In this document: one piece after another, positions 53,784 to 56,004 of the stretch
How the letters are laid out: the number at the start of each line of letters is the position of its first letter
Numbering within the stretch: the stretch's first letter is position 1
Virus record (IMG/VR): IMGVR_UViG_2744054632_000003
DNA: 56,004 nucleotides
Source of the DNA: a virus
Lineage: Duplodnaviria; Heunggongvirae; Uroviricota; Caudoviricetes
Strand: one strand, 5' to 3'
Notes under the pieces: model-generated
Database searches by the model: none
Told to the model about the DNA's origin: nothing
What the model saw: only the letters and a program-made list of their open reading frames with translations
Made by a program: the position numbers and the translations under genes

Positions 53784-53999
53784 ATGACACCTCAGCAAGA
53801 AAACGCCCTTCGCAGCATTGCCCGTCAGGCTAATTCTGAAATCAAAAAAGCCAGACAGCATTTTCCGGATAAAAACGTCGATGACATTTGCCGTAGCGTA
53901 CTAAAGAAGCACCGCGAAACGGTAACGCTGATGGGATTCACACCGACTCATTTAAGCCTGGCGATCGGCATGTTGAACGGCGTCTTTAAGGAACGGTGA
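53784..53999 (+). CDS. small protein in the lambda orf61 position
   Basis: MTPQQENALRSIARQANSEIKKARQHFPDKNVDDICRSV; start at MTPQQ. Confidence 0.5.
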   Translation: MTPQQENALRSIARQANSEIKKARQHFPDKNVDDICRSVLKKHRETVTLMGFTPTHLSLAIGMLNGVFKER

Positions 54000-54097
54000 A
54001 CATGAAAAGCAAAATCATCAGGGAGCTACAGGCTCCTTTTTTATTATTCGCATTTACCCTCAAGCGTATTAACCAACAATTCAGGGATTAATGAAAG

Positions 54098-54316
54098 ATG
54101 GCAGACATCATTGATTCAGCATCAGAAATCGAAGAATTACAGCGCAATACAGCAATAAAAATGCGTCGTCTGAACTACCAGACTGTATCCGCAACTCATT
54201 GTTGTGAGTGTGGCGATCCGATAGATGAGCGAAGACGCCTGGCTGTTCAGGGTTGTCGGACTTGTGCGAGTTGCCAGGAGGAGATCGAACTTAAGAACAA
54301 ACAATGGGGACTGTGA
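54098..54316 (+). CDS. TraR/DksA-family C4 zinc-finger protein
   Basis: CCECGDPIDERRRLAVQGCRTCASCQ four-Cys motif. Confidence 0.7.
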   Translation: MADIIDSASEIEELQRNTAIKMRRLNYQTVSATHCCECGDPIDERRRLAVQGCRTCASCQEEIELKNKQWGL

Positions 54317-54363
54317 TGGCCTCAAAGCAGCAAATTTCAACATCGTCCAACTGAGGTGTAAAA

Positions 54364-54642
54364 ATGTTCAGAATCATTTTTCCTAACACCTGGTACGTCG
54401 ACCACCACGGCACTCCCTGCAAAATCCTGCGTTCTACCCACAACAAAGTTCACTACATCCGAAAAGGCAGAACATGTATCGCCAGCATGTTCCGCTTTAA
54501 TCATGACTTTGAACCTGTGAATAAAGCTGATGCAGATCGGATAGCAGAAGAGATCGAAACGGCAGAACACATTAAGAAGTTACGTGACATGCGTTCAAAA
54601 AGCAGAGGTAACCATGGAATCATACAGCCTCACACTCGATGA
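54364..54642 (+). CDS. hypothetical protein (92 aa)
   Basis: ORF with no recognised family. Confidence 0.35.
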   Translation: MFRIIFPNTWYVDHHGTPCKILRSTHNKVHYIRKGRTCIASMFRFNHDFEPVNKADADRIAEEIETAEHIKKLRDMRSKSRGNHGIIQPHTR

Positions 54643-54985
54643 GGCCTGTCAGTTTCTTAAGATATCCAGACCAACCGCCACCAACTGGATACGAACAGGC
54701 CGCCTACAGGCAACACGTAAAGATCCAACCAAGCCAAAATCTCCTTACCTCACAACACGGCAAGCCTGCATTGCGGCGCTTCAGTCTCCGCTGCATACTG
54801 TCCAGGTGAGCGCGGGTGATGGCATAACAGAGGAAAGAAAATGTCACTCTTCCGCAGAAATGAAATATGGTATGCCTCGTATTCGCTCCCGGGCGGGAAA
54901 CGAATTAAGGAATCTCTTGGCACAAAGGACAAGCGGCAAGCTCAGGAGTTGCACGACAAGCGAAAAGCAGAACTCTGGCGAGTAG
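54614..54985 (+). CDS. xis: excisionase-like HTH protein; 3' part overlaps int
   Basis: [33 protein letters not shown] resembles excisionase/AlpA HTH; directly upstream of int; true stop uncertain. Confidence 0.5.
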   Translation: MESYSLTLDEACQFLKISRPTATNWIRTGRLQATRKDPTKPKSPYLTTRQACIAALQSPLHTVQVSAGDGITEERKCHSSAEMKYGMPRIRSRAGNELRNLLAQRTSGKLRSCTTSEKQNSGE

Positions 54986-56004
54986 AAAAGCTAGGGGATT
55001 TACCTGATGTCACTTTTGAAGAGGCCTGCCTAAGATGGCTTGAGGAAAAAGCTGATAAAAAATCTCTCGATTCAGATAAAAGCCGGATTGAGTTCTGGCT
55101 TGAACATTTTGAGGGTATAAGGCTTAAAGATATCTCGGAGGCAAAGATTTACTCTGCTGTAAGCAGAATGCATAACAGAAAGACGAAAGAAATATGGAAA
55201 CAGAAAGTTCAGGCCGCCATCAGGAAAGGTAAAGAACCGCCTGTTTATGAACCAAAGCCAGTATCAACTCAGACAAAGGCAAAGCATCTTGCCATGATAA
55301 AGGCCATTCTCCGTGCTGCAGAACGCGACTGGAAGTGGCTGGAAAAAGCGCCTGTCATCAAGATACCAGCGGTCAGAAACAAGCGAGTCAGATGGCTGGA
55401 AAAGGAGGAAGCAAAACGCCTTATTGATGAGTGCCCCGAACCACTGAAATCTGTCGTCAAGTTTGCGCTGGCAACTGGTCTGAGAAAGTCGAACATCATA
55501 AATCTGGAATGGCAACAAATCGACATGCAGCGACGAGTTGCCTGGGTGAATCCAGAAGAGAGCAAATCAAACCGCGCCATTGGTGTGGCGCTGAACGATA
55601 CCGCCTGTAAAGTGTTGCGTGATCAAATAGGCAAGCATCACAAATGGGTGTTTGTACATACCAAGGCGGCTAAGCGAGCAGATGGAACATCAACGCCTGC
55701 GGTCAGGAAGATGCGCATCGACAGCAAGACATCATGGCTATCAGCTTGTCGTCGTGCAGGAATTGAAGATTTCCGTTTCCATGACCTCAGACACACCTGG
55801 GCAAGCTGGCTGATTCAGTCAGGCGTCCCATTATCAGTGCTTCAGGAAATGGGCGGATGGGAGTCCATAGAAATGGTTCGTAGGTATGCTCACCTTGCGC
55901 CTAATCATTTGACAGAGCATGCGAGGAAAATAGACGACATTTTTGGTGATAATGTCCCAAATATGTCCCACTCTGGAATTATGGAGGATATAAAGAAGGC
56001 GTAA
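54841..56004 (+). CDS. int: prophage tyrosine integrase (IntD-like)
   Basis: [48 protein letters not shown]; C-terminal [27 protein letters not shown]...VRRYAHL catalytic region; stop at window end. Confidence 0.9.
   Translation: MSLFRRNEIWYASYSLPGGKRIKESLGTKDKRQAQELHDKRKAELWRVEKLGDLPDVTFEEACLRWLEEKADKKSLDSDKSRIEFWLEHFEGIRLKDISEAKIYSAVSRMHNRKTKEIWKQKVQAAIRKGKEPPVYEPKPVSTQTKAKHLAMIKAILRAAERDWKWLEKAPVIKIPAVRNKRVRWLEKEEAKRLIDECPEPLKSVVKFALATGLRKSNIINLEWQQIDMQRRVAWVNPEESKSNRAIGVALNDTACKVLRDQIGKHHKWVFVHTKAAKRADGTSTPAVRKMRIDSKTSWLSACRRAGIEDFRFHDLRHTWASWLIQSGVPLSVLQEMGGWESIEMVRRYAHLAPNHLTEHARKIDDIFGDNVPNMSHSGIMEDIKKA

Overview
Nearly the whole window is one lambdoid (lambda/DLP12-like) prophage, with late genes on the minus strand. 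From left to right: tail-fibre region, tail genes (J, I, K, L, M, H, G/T, V, U, Z), head genes (FII, FI, E, D, C, B, W, A, Nu1), cos, lysis cassette (bor, Rz/Rz1, R, holin), Q, nin region (rusA, ybcO, ninE, ybcN), morons (ybcK recombinase, emrE), replication (ren, P, O with ori iterons), immunity (YdaT-like, cro-like, cI-like), recombination (gam, bet, exo) and xis/int at the right edge. All protein identifications are from recalled similarity, not database searches. Main observations: (1) a ~10.4 kb satellite-like island (P4-type integrase, AlpA, primase-helicase with iteron origin, SSB-like, its own homologues of capsid proteins E and D, a second cos copy, AT-rich cargo genes) is inserted inside the prophage major capsid gene E, flanked by a 10-bp direct repeat; (2) an AT-rich two-gene module (zinc-ribbon + NdpA/NA37-like protein, then a membrane protein) occupies the Q-S moron site and is a candidate uncharacterised defence or exclusion system; (3) further AT-rich candidate defence morons sit at the island ends, upstream of ybcN and downstream of cI; (4) three single-base homopolymer frameshifts split the tape measure gene H, portal gene B and a tail-fibre gene, which may be sequencing errors or genuine decay. 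No CRISPR array, rRNA or convincing tRNA was found.
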